A stretch of DNA of 64,000 bases from the human T2T-CHM13v2.0 reference genome, Homo sapiens. Within the stretch, counting starts at the first letter, position 1. Every line of letters begins with the position of its first letter. The stretch is taken from the NCBI RefSeq assembly GCF_009914755.1, contig NC_060940.1; one strand, 5' to 3'. The translations under genes and the position numbers were made by a program. Under the pieces are notes generated by a model. The model worked only from the letters and a program-made list of their open reading frames with translations, searched no databases and was not told where the DNA came from. Shown here one piece after another: positions 43,201-57,189 of the stretch.

Positions 43201-43489
43201 TGGAGGAGGGAGGGAGGGAAGAAGGATCCTGGAGCATCGGCGTCATCAGGCTATGGACAAGAGCTTAGTTCCATTTCTTACCCTTTGGTCACTAGAAGTC
43301 AAAAAGCTCATTGTCTGCCAGGACAGGGACCCTTCCCCTGCCACCACTTCGGCTGAAATGCACAATCCTGCCCTGCAACAACACCCTTCCTGGTGGGAAG
43401 ATTGGCACAGACCGGGTTTCATGAATGCATACACACCCTCCCTCTCGCTATTGTCTAAACCATCAATTAAGTTCCCCGGGGAGTAAAGA

Positions 43490-43750
43490 CAGCAGTACCG
43501 TGTGGTAGTTAAGAATCTGGGCTCTGGAGTCCTCTTCGATTTAAATTCTCAATTGTGCTGTGTGACCTTGGATGAGTTGCTTAACCTCTCTGAGCCTCAG
43601 TTCATATGTATAATGAAGCTCATAACAGCACCTGCCACCCAGGATTGTAGTGAGAAGGATGGGAGACGATGCTGCAAAACACGTGGCCCATCAGGAGTCA
43701 TGGCTCAGTGCCCCATGGGGAGTCAATGATGTTGGTTACCATTGTTATCA
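43490..43750 (+). mobile_element. MIR
   Basis: GCTGTGTGACCTTGGATGAGTTGCTTAACCTCTCTGAGCCTCAGTT. Confidence 0.85.
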
Positions 43751-43781
43751 TCTACCACTGCTTTTGGAAAAGCAGGAGGGA

Positions 43782-44148
43782 GGCTGGGTGCGGTGGCTCA
43801 TGCCTGTACTCCCAGCACTTTGGGACACTGAGATGGGTGGATCACCTGGGTCAGGAGTTCGAGACCAGCCTGACCAATATGGTGAAACCCCATCTCTACT
43901 ACAAATACAAAAAGCCGGGCATGGTGGCATGTGCCTATAATCCCAGCTACTCTCTACTCGGGAAGCTGAGGTAGGAGAATCACTTGAACTCGGGAGGCAG
44001 AAGTTTCAGTGAGCTGAGATCATGCCACTGCACTCCAGCCTGGGCAACAGAGCGAGACTGTCTCAAAAAGAAAGGGGAGGGGAGGGGAGGGGAGGGGAGG
44101 GGAGGGAAGGGAAGGGAAGGGACGGGATGGGAAGGGAAGGGAAGGGGA
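43782..44148 (+). mobile_element. AluS with (GGGGA/GGGAA)n polypurine tail
   Basis: Dimer to ~44073, pentamer repeat 44074-44148. Confidence 0.94.
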
Positions 44149-44598
44149 TACAATAGAATCTGATCTCCAGGATTCTGGGAGATGAGGGAGTTGGCATCAA
44201 AAGTCCCCTTTTCCCAGACTCTGCAAGCTCTTCAGTGCCATCTGTCTGTGCAAACACACTCAGCAGGTCACAAGAGGCAGGCTGCTTGCACAGCAGCCGC
44301 TGCAGAAGTTAGGCCGGAACCCCATCACAACGGGCATCAATGAGTCAAGCTGGTTTGCCTCTGGCTGGAAACAGTAGGGACAGGCTCTCCACTAGAGCAG
44401 TCTGGTGGTGTAATTTAAGTGCCCCGCTTGCGTACATAGTCTCCAAATCTGATCATAGCCCTCTGGAAGTTCTGTGATCTATTGAATCATGTCGTATTCT
44501 TCCTGTACTTAAGCTTGCTGGTGTGGTTTCTGTGGTTTGCAACAAAGAATCTTGAGTGATAAAGCTGAGTTCTAGCCTGACTGATAAAGCTGAGTTCT

Positions 44599-44913
44599 GG
44601 CCAGGCATGGTGGCTCATGCCTGTAATCTCAGCATTTGGGAAGTCTAAGGCAGGAGGTATTGCTTGAGGCCAGTAGTTCAAGACCAGGCTGGGCAACATA
44701 GCAAGATTCTGTCTCCACAAATAAAAAAAACACAAAAATTGGCCAGGCACGGTGGTGCATGCCAGTAGTCCCAGCGACTTGGGAAGCAGAGGTGGGAAGA
44801 TCACTTGAGCCTAGGAGAGCAAGGCTGTGGTGAGCTATGATCACACCACTGCGCTCCAGCCTGGGCAACAGAGTGAGATTTTGTCCACCCCAACCAAAAA
44901 AAAAAAAAAAAAA
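44599..44913 (+). mobile_element. AluJ
   Basis: TSD GCTGAGTTCT; left TSD itself tandemly duplicated (44557-44598). Confidence 0.94.
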
Positions 44914-45321
44914 GGCTGAGTTCTAGGGCTTCTAGTCTGTCTCCCGTGATCAGAAACTGTCCTTGTTCAAGCTGCAGTTTCATTTAGCCCTAAACCCTCT
45001 GCAAGGGGGTGGCACTGTCTGGAGAGCCTTGGTAGGCCAAGCCCCAGAGGACTGGGCAGTAGTTACTGCTTCATTCATTTTCAATCAACCAAAATGTATG
45101 GAAAGCCTGTTACGCTTCAAGTACCCCACAGTCCACTGGAAAAGTGTCACTATGGCATTCGTGTATGGTGCATGCTGTGACAGGAGCCACAGAAAGAATA
45201 GTGATAATGTGATAATGTCACCTGACACTTATTTAGTTCCTCCCATGTAATTCTAAGTACATTTGACTCTTAAACAATGCAGGTGTTGGGACACAAAATC
45301 CCCACACAGTTGAAGTCTTAG

Positions 45322-45830
<509 letters not shown>

Positions 45831-46109
45831 TACTGTTTCTCTAAGGCTATTTAGTGGCACGTAATAGAGGCACCTAACCTGGTCTTGGGGGACAGAGGAG
45901 CAAGGGAAGTTTGCCTGGAAGCACTGTTGTCTACCTTAAGGCCTAAAAGATCAGTAAGAGACAATGAGGTGAAGAGATGGGAAAAGAATGATCTTGGCAG
46001 AGGGAACAGGATGTACAAAGGCCTGGAGGTGAGAGAAAGCTACAGCTAGCACCACTCATTTTTCTGAGCTGTTTCAAATATGAAAGTTTATGGAGAGTAT
46101 AAAAATATA

Positions 46110-46282
46110 AGCTGGGTATGGTGACATGCACCTGTAGTTCCAACTACTCAGAAGGCTAAGGCTGGGAGATCGCCTGAGCCCAGGAGTTCAAGGTCAGCCT
46201 GGGCAACGTAGTGAGACCTCATCTCAAAAAAAAAAAAAAAAAAAAAAGAAAGAAAGAAAGAAAGAAAAAAGAAAAAGAAAAA
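46110..46282 (+). mobile_element. FLAM monomer with A/(GAAA)n tail
   Basis: Single monomer; AAAATATA flanks. Confidence 0.9.
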
Positions 46283-46324
46283 TATAGATCACAAGGGAAG
46301 CTGTCTTTTTTTTTTGCTTACTAT

Positions 46325-47050
46325 GTGTGTATTAGTCAGGATAAGTAATACTAGCTGCTGTAACAAACAAACTTACTATGTGCATATTAGTGAGGATAAG
46401 TAATACTAGCTGCTGTAACAAACAAATCACAAAATGTCAAAGATTTACGTGCTAACTGTTGATTTCTCCCTTATGAAGAGTCCCACGTGGAGATTCCCAG
46501 CAGCCATCCATGTTGAGCTTCCGATGCTGCTACTCACAAACCAGGCTCCTTCTATCTGTGGATCTGCCATCTTTGAGGGCAAGCATCAGCAAACTGTTCT
46601 ATAAAGAGCCAGATAATAGAAGTTTTTGCCTTTGTAGGTCACAGGGTCTCTGACACAGTGAGTGTACTCTGCCCTTACGGCACAAATGCACCAACAGGGA
46701 ATACACAAATGAATGGATGTGGCTGTGTTCCAGTAGAACTTTACTTATGAAATCAGACCACAGGCAGAATCTAGCTCATGCACCATAGTGTGCCAACCCT
46801 GTCTTGGGTATTAGAGTCTTCTGCCGAATCCTCACATCCAGCCAGCAGGCAGGGGAAGAGTAGAAGGGGTCTCGTGGGGAAGGTTTCAGTAGATCAAGTC
46901 TGGAAGTAATGACATTACTCACGCCTGCATTCTGCTGGCCAGAACTTGGTCACATAGCCACATATGACAGCAACGTGGGCTGGAAAATATAGATTATGTA
47001 CCCAGGAGGAAAAGGAAAGGGACTTTGGTGAATGCACAGGAGTCCCTGCC
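46325..47050 (-). mobile_element. Old MLT1 LTR interrupted by MER58
   Basis: TATTAGTCAGGATAAG..CTAGCTGCTGTAACAAACAA; CATTCTGCTGGCCAGAACTTGGTCACATAGCCACA. Confidence 0.75.
46578..46801. mobile_element. MER58A hAT element
   Basis: CAGCAAACTGTTCTATAAAGAGCCAGATA..GGATGTGGCTGTGTTCCAGTA..TGCCAACCCTG. Confidence 0.85.
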
Positions 47051-47258
47051 ATGCACACTTTATGTATTAATACATCCTCTCACTCACTAAGAGATAGGAA
47101 GGAAGAAGTTATAAGTGGCCCCATTATACAGGTGAGCATATTGAGGCTTGAGGAGGCCTAGAGACTAGCTGGGGTCACAGAGTCAGTGGAAATGTCTGTC
47201 TATAATTAACCTCCACAAGCAGAGTCTTGAGGGTGAAGATAAAAAGGCACGTAACTCG

Positions 47259-47560
47259 GGCTGGGCACAGTGGCTCACCCCTGTAATCCCAGCACTTTGA
47301 GAGGCCGAGGCAGGTGGATCACGAGGTCAGGAGTTCAAGACCAGCCTGGCCAATATGGTGAAACCCTGTCTCTACTAAAAATACAAAAATTAGCTGGGCA
47401 TGGTGGTGCGTGCCTGCAGTCCCAGGTACTTGGGAGGCTGGGGCAGAAGAATCACTTGAACCTGGGAGTCAGAGGCTGCAGTGAGCCGAGATCACACCAC
47501 TGTACCCCAGCCTGGCTGACAGTGACAAAGCAAGGCTCTGTCTCAAAAAAAAAAAAAAAA
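47259..47560 (+). mobile_element. AluS
   Basis: TSD GGCA(C/A)GTAACTC. Confidence 0.95.
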
Positions 47561-47989
47561 TGGCAAGTAACTCAATCTTAGGGGAGGGGAACTCCACAAA
47601 GGACCATGAGTTTGGGCTAAAACCTGCCTAAGCCACAAACCTAGGTGCTGTGCTGATTTTTCCCTGTCCCTCACCTAATACAGCTTGTAAATCCAGGCAA
47701 GAGGGTCCCCACACCTTGGAGGACACTGGGCGGCTCCCCCCAGACCCCCACATCCTAGCACAGAACCCAGGGAAGTCAGAAAAGACCTGATGCAAACCTG
47801 GCCTTTCAGGTCACTATGAAGAGAGATTTCTCAGGGCAGGAGGACAGAACGGATTTCATGTCATAGTGTTGTTAGCTTGATATATAACTTGTAAATATTG
47901 CACACAGGGTATGTGAACCTCCATTTACACACAAGCCTCAACCTGCCAAGAGTGGGGTTGAGGGTTGCTCTTGGTGCCCCCAGGCACAA

Positions 47990-48490
47990 GGCAGTGACCC
48001 TGAAGCCAGACCACCTGGATCTGAACCTCAGCTCTGCCACTGCCCAGCTGTGGGCTCTCGAGTAATTTACTTAGCCCTTTTGTCTCAGTTTCCCCATGTT
48101 AAAATGGAGATAATAACAGTTCTAACCTCATAGGGTTGTGGTGGGGATTTAACTGAGTTAAAATTTGAAAAGTGACCCGGCATGGTGGCTCATGCCTGTA
48201 ATCGCAGCACTTTGGGAGGCCAAGGTGAGAGAATCACTTGAGCTTAGGAGTTCAAGACCAGCCTGGGCAACACAGCAAGACCCCTGTCTCTATAAAATAT
48301 TAAAAAATTAGCCAGGTGGTGGCGCACCCTGTAGTCCCAGCTACTAGGAGGCTGAGGATGGAGGATTGCTTGAGCCCAGGAGTTTCTTCAATCTGGCAGA
48401 CAGAGCAAGACCTTGTCCTAACAAAATAATAATAATTTGAAAAGCACTTAGAATTGTGCCTGGCATGAGTAAAGGTTCTGTTAAATAAAT
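47990..48490 (+). mobile_element. MIR split by AluJ (48175-48435)
   Basis: CTCAGTTTCCCCATGTTAAAATGGAGATAATAACAG; ATTTGAAAAG duplicated around the Alu. Confidence 0.85.
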
Positions 48491-49166
48491 AAATTGCCCC
48501 CTGCCCAGCCCGCTGCTGCAGATCCCAGCCTCTCCGTTCATCTGGAGGGCAACATCAAGTGAGTAACCAATGTCATCAGCTTGTGGCATTTCTTCTCTCT
48601 CTGAAAGTCATAGCCCTGAGGTGGCAGTTACTGTCTCTTGCTGGTCCTGCAAAGCAACCTGTTCAAATGCCAACTGCCACATGTCACCTTAGCTGGCAGA
48701 AGTTGTTCCACCTGGTAATAGCCCAGAAATTATGATGCTTTGCTGTTCTACACGAAAGTACAGGCTGGGGCTATTTGTAAGCTTTGGCACCTGCCACTCT
48801 AGGCAAAGCAGATGGCAGAGATAAAAATCCAGGGCCAGGCAGGCTGATAAAGAGCTGGCCTTCATTACACAGGATGCGGTTGAAATGCATCAGCTCTTTC
48901 CTGCCTGCAGACGGATCCACCTGCCCTCCCGCGCCTGGCTGAGGAGGGGCGCAACGGATGGAGTATATTATCTCTTCTGTCTCATTCAGCTTCTGGTGAA
49001 TGGAAAGAGATGGGCAGGAGGCGACCCAGGAAGGGGCTCAAGGTCAACCTCAGCCTCAGTCCAACCCTAAAATCCTCCCCCAGATTCCAGACCCTGGACC
49101 CCATCACTCCTCAAGTAAGGAGGAGATATTAATTGGTCCATTCTGGTTGAAGGTCAATGTCATAGA

Positions 49167-49350
49167 TCAGGTGGTTCTCAGGCAGGGCTGCATATTAAAA
49201 TGACCTGGGAGATTTTTATAAAGTGCTTGTGTTCTGACCTTACTCCATGAAAGTGAATCAGACCCTCTTAGGGTGGGGACCTGACATTGGTCATTTTTAA
49301 AATCTCACCAGGTGATTCAAATGTGCAGTCACGGGTGAAAGCCTTGGACC
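49167..49350. mobile_element. MER5
   Basis: GGTGGTTCTCAG..CCAGGTGATTCAAATGTGCAG. Confidence 0.75.
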
Positions 49351-49497
49351 TAGATTTTAATTCTGATTAAACCTTCACTATCATATACCTGCTCTGGCCA
49401 GGCTGTGGTATTTTATTTCATCCTCACAGATAATCTGACAAGATGGGTCTTATCATCTTGGTATTACAATAAACCAAGGCTCAGAAGAGAAGCGATT

Positions 49498-50285
49498 CAG
49501 CAGATGCACCTGAGAGCAAGCGCTTAACTGGAGCAATACCCTGAGAATGACGCTATGGTCTAAGAAGAATGTGTGTTCAGAGTTCCACGCTAAGGAATCT
49601 GGGAGTGGCCAACGTGCAGATTCATTCCTTATCTACGAGGAACATCTGAAACCCAGCCCATCCCATGAAACATAGGCCATACAGGGGATGGAGGCTCTTT
49701 GTTTTGGGTTAAATGAAGGTTGTCAGGAGGAGGCTGTTAGGGGTGCTAGTGCACTAAGTGAAATTGCTAGAGTGCTAAGTGGAAATACTATATAATCTGC
49801 AAGCTTTTTACAAATGGTAGTGGTTCTCCTGTCTAGCCCGCCACTACTGGACTGCCCAGTATGTAAGTCCCCTTAATAAACCCTATATCTTGTTTGCTGG
49901 TTCCAGTTCTCTTCTTCAGCCTCTTTTTATTTTATTTTATTTTTTTGAGACGGAATCTCACTCTGTCGCCCAGGCTGGAGTGCAGTGGCAAGATCTCGGC
50001 TCACTGCAACTTCGCCTCCCAGGTTCAAGCCATTCTCCTGCCTCAGCCTTCTGAGTAGCGGGGATGAGAGGTGCCCGCCAACACACCCAGCTAATTTTTG
50101 TATTTTTAATAGAGACCGGGTTTCACCATGTTGGCCAGGCTGGTCTTGAACTCCTGACCTCAAGTGATCCGCCCACCTTGGCCTCCCAACATGCTAGGAT
50201 TAGCATGCAAGCCACCGCACCCAGCCCTTGGGCCTCTTGAACACGGTGCCATCCTTACTGAAATCAGTTGAAGTCTGGCACAACA
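49498..50285 (+). mobile_element. ERV solo LTR (LTR47-like) split by Alu
   Basis: TATATAA, AATAAACCC, ends GGTGCCATCCTTACTGAA..GGCACAACA; family from recall. Confidence 0.6.
49924..50226 (-). mobile_element. AluS
   Basis: Antisense dimer. Confidence 0.95.
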
Positions 50286-51106
50286 CCAAGGTCACACAGC
50301 CAAAAGCAGCAGCAATAGTCTTAAAACTCCACCTTCAGGGTCCCCTGTCACCTCTAACTTAGCTTCCCACGCCTAGAGTATGGGAGCCTGATTGACAATG
50401 TTCACCTTACTGTCCTCAGGTTTTTCCATTCTGCTTCTCCCCTCTTCTTCTGTGGAAGCCCAGGAAACACTGTGCTGAGGAATTAGGAGGCCTGGGATTG
50501 AATGCCAGTTCCACAGCTTTGCAACTATGTTAATAACATCTCCTTCTGGGGTTTAAAGGGCATCAGTGCATGCAAAGAGCCTAGGTGGAGGCCACCATGT
50601 GGTCAGCGAATCTCATTTCCAGTTTCCTCCAGGGACCCAGATAGACTACACATCTCCCAGCCTTCCTTGCAGTCAGGCGTGATCATGTGACCAAGTTACG
50701 GCCAGTGGAAGTGAGCAGAAGTGACATCATCGCTTCCAGACCCCGCCCATTAGAGCCTCCCACATGAGCTCCCTCTCTTCCAGACTCTGCTGGTTGGATG
50801 AAGTGGATTCACTTTCCTCATCTGTAAAATGGGATGATGAGGATCACACACACGGTGAGGCAGGAACGAGTGGATCATGTGAAGCACTTGTTCGCAGTGC
50901 CCTGCACAGTCAACAAGGTAAAAGCATGAGCTATTATTCTCTCCACCTGACAGAGGAAGCAAGGATGGACACTCTCTCCTCCCATGCCCCCACTATCCCT
51001 CCTCCTCAGATACAGCAACTCTGTAGGGCCAGGGATGTGCTTGTGAATGGGACTGGCTTCCCGGGAAAGGCAAACAGAGCAGGCAGTGGTGACTGTGGGC
51101 AAATTA

Positions 51107-51690
<584 letters not shown>

Positions 51691-51743
51691 AGATGCTAGA
51701 CTCTACATAAGATTGTGACAACTGATCAGGGTAATTCTCTAAA

Positions 51744-51925
51744 TCAGTGTTTCTCAAAGCATGGTCTCCAGACATGCAGCATCAGCCTCACTTGGTAACT
51801 TGCTAGAAATGCAGACTCTTGGGCCCCACTCCAGACCTGCTGAATCAGAAACTCTGGGGCTGGGCCCAGCAATCTGTGTGTTAACAGGCCTTCAGATAAC
51901 GCTGATGCACACTCGAGTTTGAGAA
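51744..51925. mobile_element. MER5A
   Basis: CAGTGTTTCTCAAAG..GAAATGCAGACTCTTGGGCCCCACTCCAGACCTGCTGAATCAGAAACTCTGGGG..TTTGAGAA. Confidence 0.92.
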
Positions 51926-52462
51926 TATAAAGGGCTGACATGAAGGGCTTACCACTGTGCTTGTCCTGTGCACGTGAGAAGCCCTCCTAAAAATTGTCTT
52001 TCGTCTTTGGAGGGGATAAGCTGGACCCTGAAGAGTAAGTAAAATATGGCAGCATCTTTGCATCTCATCCACAAATTTGAGTTGCTCAGAAATACATCAC
52101 TTCTTAAAAATGTTCGGTGACTCACTGAATCTCCGACTCATATCCTCCACGTTGCTGCGCTGGCATAAAAGTAAACTTCAGTCCTTCTTGACTTTTCCAT
52201 GCCTTTCTGGGGTTGGGTGTTGGTTCTTGGGTTTCACACAGTGCTGAGAGGCGTCTAGGTCCTCCATCCACTTGGGTGACCATTCAGCTCTTCATCCTTC
52301 CGGTCCACATGACCCCTTCCAAATTAGAAGCCTCGGCTGCTCTCAGAGCTCGCTTGGGGCCCCAGGCTCTTCACTGAAGCTGCCTTGAGCACCATCATCC
52401 AGAGCCACAGACTCATATGCCCAAAGGGACCAGGTTCATCAAGGAGACAAAGTGGACTGGCT

Positions 52463-52741
52463 GGCCAGGTGCGGTGGCTGACGCCTGTAATCTCAGCACT
52501 TTGGAAGGCCGAGGCGGGCGGATCACCTGAGGCCAGGAGTTCAAGACTCGCATGGCTAACATGGTGAAACCCCGTCTCTACTACAAAAATTAGCCAGGCA
52601 CGGTGGCGCGCGGCTGTAGTCCCAGCTACTCAGGAGGCCGAGGCAGGAGAATGAACCCGGGAGGTGGAGACTGCAGTGAGCTGAGATCGCGCCACTGCAC
52701 TCCAGCCTGGGTGACAGAGCGAGACTCCATCTCAAAAACAA
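52463..52741 (+). mobile_element. AluS (donor of the copy at 51382)
   Basis: Perfect 16-bp TSD ACAAAGTGGACTGGCT (52447-52462, 52742-52757). Confidence 0.96.
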
Positions 52742-52929
52742 ACAAAGTGGACTGGCTGTGACCCAGCAGCAAGAGGTGGGGACTGTGGGGACGTATCATG
52801 TTTGTGCCAGGCTCACAGGCGTGCCTCTGGAAACACAGGCCTAGCGCTACCAGATCTCTTTATCCAGACAAGCTGCAAATCTAAATCTGAACTTTCAAGA
52901 GAAATTTGAAATAATCTATCTTTTATTTT

Positions 52930-53226
52930 CGATGTTGTTGTTGTTGTTGTTTTGGTTTTCTGAGACAGGGTCTTTCTCTGTTGCCCAGGCTGGAGTGCAG
53001 TGGCATGATCATAGCTCACTGGGCTCAAGTGATTCTCCCGCCTCAGCCTCCTAAGTAGCTGGGACTACAGATGAGTGCCACCACGCCTGGCTAATTTTTT
53101 ATTTTCGTAGAGATGGGGGTCTTGCTATGCTGTCCAGGCTAGCCTCAAACACCTGGCCTCAAGCAATCCTCCCACCTCAGCCTCCCAAAGTGCTGGGATT
53201 ACAGGTGTGAGCCACCACACCCAGCC
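52930..53226 (-). mobile_element. AluJ
   Basis: (GTT)n tail, small right-arm deletion. Confidence 0.93.
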
Positions 53227-54917
53227 TCAGTCTTTTAAATTTTGGAAATCCATCAGAAAAAATTAAAACACTACATGGGCCAAACCAAACGGCTGTGAGC
53301 AGGATTCAGCTCAAGTGGGGATGAGTTAGGGTTTCCGGGCTTGGAGGCAGCCTCTTCTCCAGGGTCCTGCTTCCTCCCCAGGGAGGTGCCAGGAAGCACA
53401 ACCCCAAGACCCACAGCCCAGGATCCCACTACTCCCTCTCTCTCTTCTCTCTCCCCCAGCCACAGGAAGTCTCTCTGCAACTGGGAGAGGAGTTCTGTTC
53501 TCCCCACTGTGGCTCCAAAACCCTTGGTGGTACCTCAAATCCCCTCCAACCCCTTAGTTCTTCTGAGGACTCTCTAAATTCTCCTAAAAGAGAAGAAAAG
53601 CCAGAAAGATGTATGAGCTATTTCTTGTTCCCCTTCTGCTATATCCCTCCCCTGAGGCAACAGCTGCCTGTTTTGATGAGAAGGAAAAGGAAGAACAAGA
53701 GGAAAGAAAAACAACCGAAAAAGATAAAATAATATATCAAAGCATTATGATGCTTTGTGCACAAAAGCAGATAGGAGGAGGGGAGGGAGGGGGACAGAGC
53801 ACAGGGAAGTTAGGTCACGGGACCACAGATAGGATTGAGGCCATTCCTCCGAGTCCTGGGGCTCTCTGTGGAGATGGGAAGATGGAGGGAGAACTGGGTT
53901 AGATGGGATGGTTGGGAAGTGACATTTGAGCCGAAACCTGAAGGATAAAGGAGCCAGCCATGCAACCAACCCGGGAGAAGGCCCGTTCCTCTGCTTCCTT
54001 CCCAAGCAGACGCTCTCTGCTGCTCTGAGAGCTCACCTGGGACCCCAGACTCTCTTCCAGGAACAGAAAGTGCAAAGATCCCAAGGCATTTTCAAAGGGA
54101 GCAAGGAGGCCCAGCACGAGACGGGAGAGGGACGGCAGGTGAGGCAGGGAGCAGCCAGTCATGGTAGGGGGTTTGGGTTTTGATGTAATGCCATTTGGAG
54201 GGTGGTGAGCCTGCAAAGGGCATGAACTGATTATTTCATAGCTTTATGAGATCATGCTGGCTGCAGTGTGGAGAGTATACTGTAGGGGGCGCGAGAGCGG
54301 CAGCTGGGACCCAGTTAGGAGCTGTGGGAGTTGTCTGGGCGGGAGGTGGCGTTGGTTCAGACCCTGACACTAAAGCAGGAACTGGAGCCTAGTGCTCAGT
54401 TGTAAGGCGTATTTTGGAAATGCTGCTGGTTGGACCCGCTGATGGAGGGCATGGAAAAAAAGGATTCAGCGACGAGTCCTTGTTTCTTGCCTTGAATATT
54501 GTAGAGTGTCAACTTGTGTCATTCACTCATCTCTTTATTCAGCAAATATTTATTGAATGCCTACTACGTATGAGGCATTGGGCTGGATCCTGGGGAGCTA
54601 CAGAGATCAGGAATACAGGGTTGATGGCCCCAGAGAGCAACCCTTCAGTGACCTGGGCTTTCTGTGACCCCCGAGCTGCATATAGGGAGAGTCAAAAGGG
54701 ACAACTTGTTCCCTCAAATGAAAAATTCTGCATTGATTCAGCAAACATTTACTGAGCATCTACTATGCAGCAAGTACAGTTCAGGGGCAAACGAGACAGA
54801 CAAGGCCCCTGCCATCATGAAGCTCCTATGGAACAGACAGAAAACAAACATTTAAAATATCTATGTGTTTTGTTAGAAGGGTTCTGTTAGGGAGAAAAAG
54901 AAAACAAGAGAGGAGGT

Positions 54918-55638
54918 GCTAGGGTTTGAATGTATGTGTTCCCCCAAACTTCCTATGTTGACACCTAACCCCCAAGGTAATGGCATTAGAAGGTAGGGTC
55001 TGGAGGAGGGGATTACATCAGGAGGGTCCCACCCTCTTGCACGGGATTACAGTAGTGAATGCCCCCATCCACGGTTTCAGCTCCCTGTGGTCAACCACCA
55101 TCCCAAAATATTAAATGGAAAATTCCAGAAATAAATATTCATCGGATTTTTATTACACTGTAGTGTTATAATTGTTCTATCTTATTATTAGTTATTGTTG
55201 TTAATCTTTTACTGTGCCTAATTTATAAATTAAACTTCATCACAAGTATGTATGTATAGGAAAAAATGTAGTATATATAGGCTTCAGTGCTATCCGTGGT
55301 TTTAGGTATCCACTGGGGGTCTTGGAAAGTATCCCCCTAGGATAAGGCGGGGGCTACCGTAATACCCTCATAAAAGAGGCTTCAGACAGCTGCCTGGCTC
55401 TCCCACCTCTCTTGCTATGTGAGGACAGAGCATTCGTCCCCTTTTGTCCCCTTCCACCATGTAAGAACATAGTAAGAAGGCACCGTCTAGAATCAGAGTG
55501 AGCCTTCACCAGGCACTGAATCTGCCAGCGCCTTGATCTTGGACTTCCCAGCCTCCAGAACCATGAAAAATAAACTTCTATTCTTTATAAATTGCCCAGC
55601 CAGGGGTATTTTGTTACAGCAGCACAAACAGATTGAGA
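54918..55638 (+). mobile_element. MLT1A/MST-like MaLR LTR split by MER2
   Basis: TGCTAGGGTTTGAATG..CCTTGATCTTGGACTTCCCAGCCTCCAGAAC..GTTACAGCAGCACAAACAGA. Confidence 0.85.
55050..55359. mobile_element. MER2 (Tigger-family) transposon
   Basis: TA-flanked; ATCCACTGGGGGTCTTGGAA..GATAAGG..CTACCG terminus. Confidence 0.88.
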
Positions 55639-56719
55639 CCAGAGGGCAGTGGGTTGGAGAGGGAGGTTATAAGAAATAGTTCTAAGAAGTGACATTTGAG
55701 CATGGATTTGAAGAGTGAGCCCCATGGAAATGGAAGATGGATGAGGAGAGAAGAGCCTGAGGGACCCCAAGGAGGGGGAGCACCTGGCATGTTCCAGAAG
55801 CAGCTGGAGGTGGAGCTGCTGGTGCACACCTGGAGAGGCAGCAGAGAGCAGGGATAGAGGGTGGAGGAATAACAGAGGCCACATTGGTATTGCCTTGTAG
55901 ACCATGGTGAGCTCTCTGGATTTCATCCTGAGCGACATGGGGACTCATCAGAGGGTCCAGCTCACCAAGGTCCACTACTCTCCGCTACTCCACTGCCCTC
56001 CATCCCATCTACCAAGCCCCTCAAGTCCCAGGGAGGGCCAGACACAGCCCCTGACTCTCAGGAGCTTCTCCAGCTCACCCAGCTCATCTGGTGTCTCTGT
56101 GGGGCTGCAGCTGGCAGCGCATGTGATTTACTCGTCCCTCCCCGAGCTAGTGTATTTGGGGGCATCTGCTCCATTTTTACTGCTTTTGGCCGGGGCTTTG
56201 GTACTCCTTCACAGATCAAATCACCGCCTCCCTTCCCCACTAATCCCAACAGCTGGTTACTGCTCACCGATTCCCCTGCTCTGATTGTCAGGGGAAGAAT
56301 TATAAATAAATGTGTATAAGCAAACAGATGCTGTCATTTAAAAAAATCAATCCATCTAGCAAAAATGCCCCACTTAAGACTGAAGTGGCATACTGCAGAG
56401 CATGTGTCTTGGTGGCATTTTAATGAAATCAGAAAAAACAATGGCAGAGCTCACTAATAATAGATTCCAAAAGAGAAAATGGACAAGGACAGAGAGAGAG
56501 AAGAAGTACAGACACACTGTGTGGCTCCGATGGCCAGGACCCCAGGCCATAGAAGACAGGCAAGTTTCCCTCTCTGTCCCCTACCTGCTTCTCACTTTCT
56601 CCCTTGTTCAGCCTTCCTCTGCCTCTTCAACCTGTTTATGACATCAAATCAGACTCATTTGTTATCTTTTTTGTGAGTCTCAGAAGCAGGTGGCAAAGTT
56701 TTTGCCCACCTTATGGTTT

Positions 56720-57108
56720 CTAGAAACCTAAATCCAGAATGAAGTCCTGCTTGTCCTCCTTGCTGTCCTAGGCACACAGCTCCCAGCCTTGCTTGTGGTC
56801 AGCAATGTACTGAGAGACAAATGGAATGGGAACAGAAGTCACCATTGCCTGGTCTGTCGCATAATAACCTCCCACATGAGATCTGCCATTGTCTTACCTC
56901 AATCATGGGCTGAAGGAAGAGGACTTGGAGACTTCTGCAGGGGTTAAACCCTCAGATGGAAAAAGTGCAGATCCCTGAATGACTGCATGGAGCAGAGCCT
57001 CCTTTCCATCCACATCAGGATGTGATGGGAGGGAGAAATAAATGTAATATGTCAGGCCACTGAAATTTTGGAATAATCTGTTACTGTAGGGTTTCTACTC
57101 TAATACAC
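56720..57108 (+). mobile_element. Old MLT1 LTR
   Basis: CCCTGAATGACTGCATGGAGCAGAGCC..GAGAAATAAA..GCCACTGAAATTTTGG..CTAATACA. Confidence 0.7.
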
Positions 57109-57189
57109 AATTAGTTCCAAAATTCATTCATTTGTTCTTTATTCACTCTGAGCATCTGATAAAAATAGCAGACATCACAACAATCTGGG

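Larger units (their letters stand above)
53890..55960 (-). mobile_element. Cluster of L2 fragments, interrupted by MLT1/MER2
   Basis: GAAGTGACATTTGAGC motifs; two L2 3' tails (ATTCAGCAAATATTTATTGAATGCCTACT, CAGCAAACATTTACTGAGCATCTACT). Confidence 0.75.
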
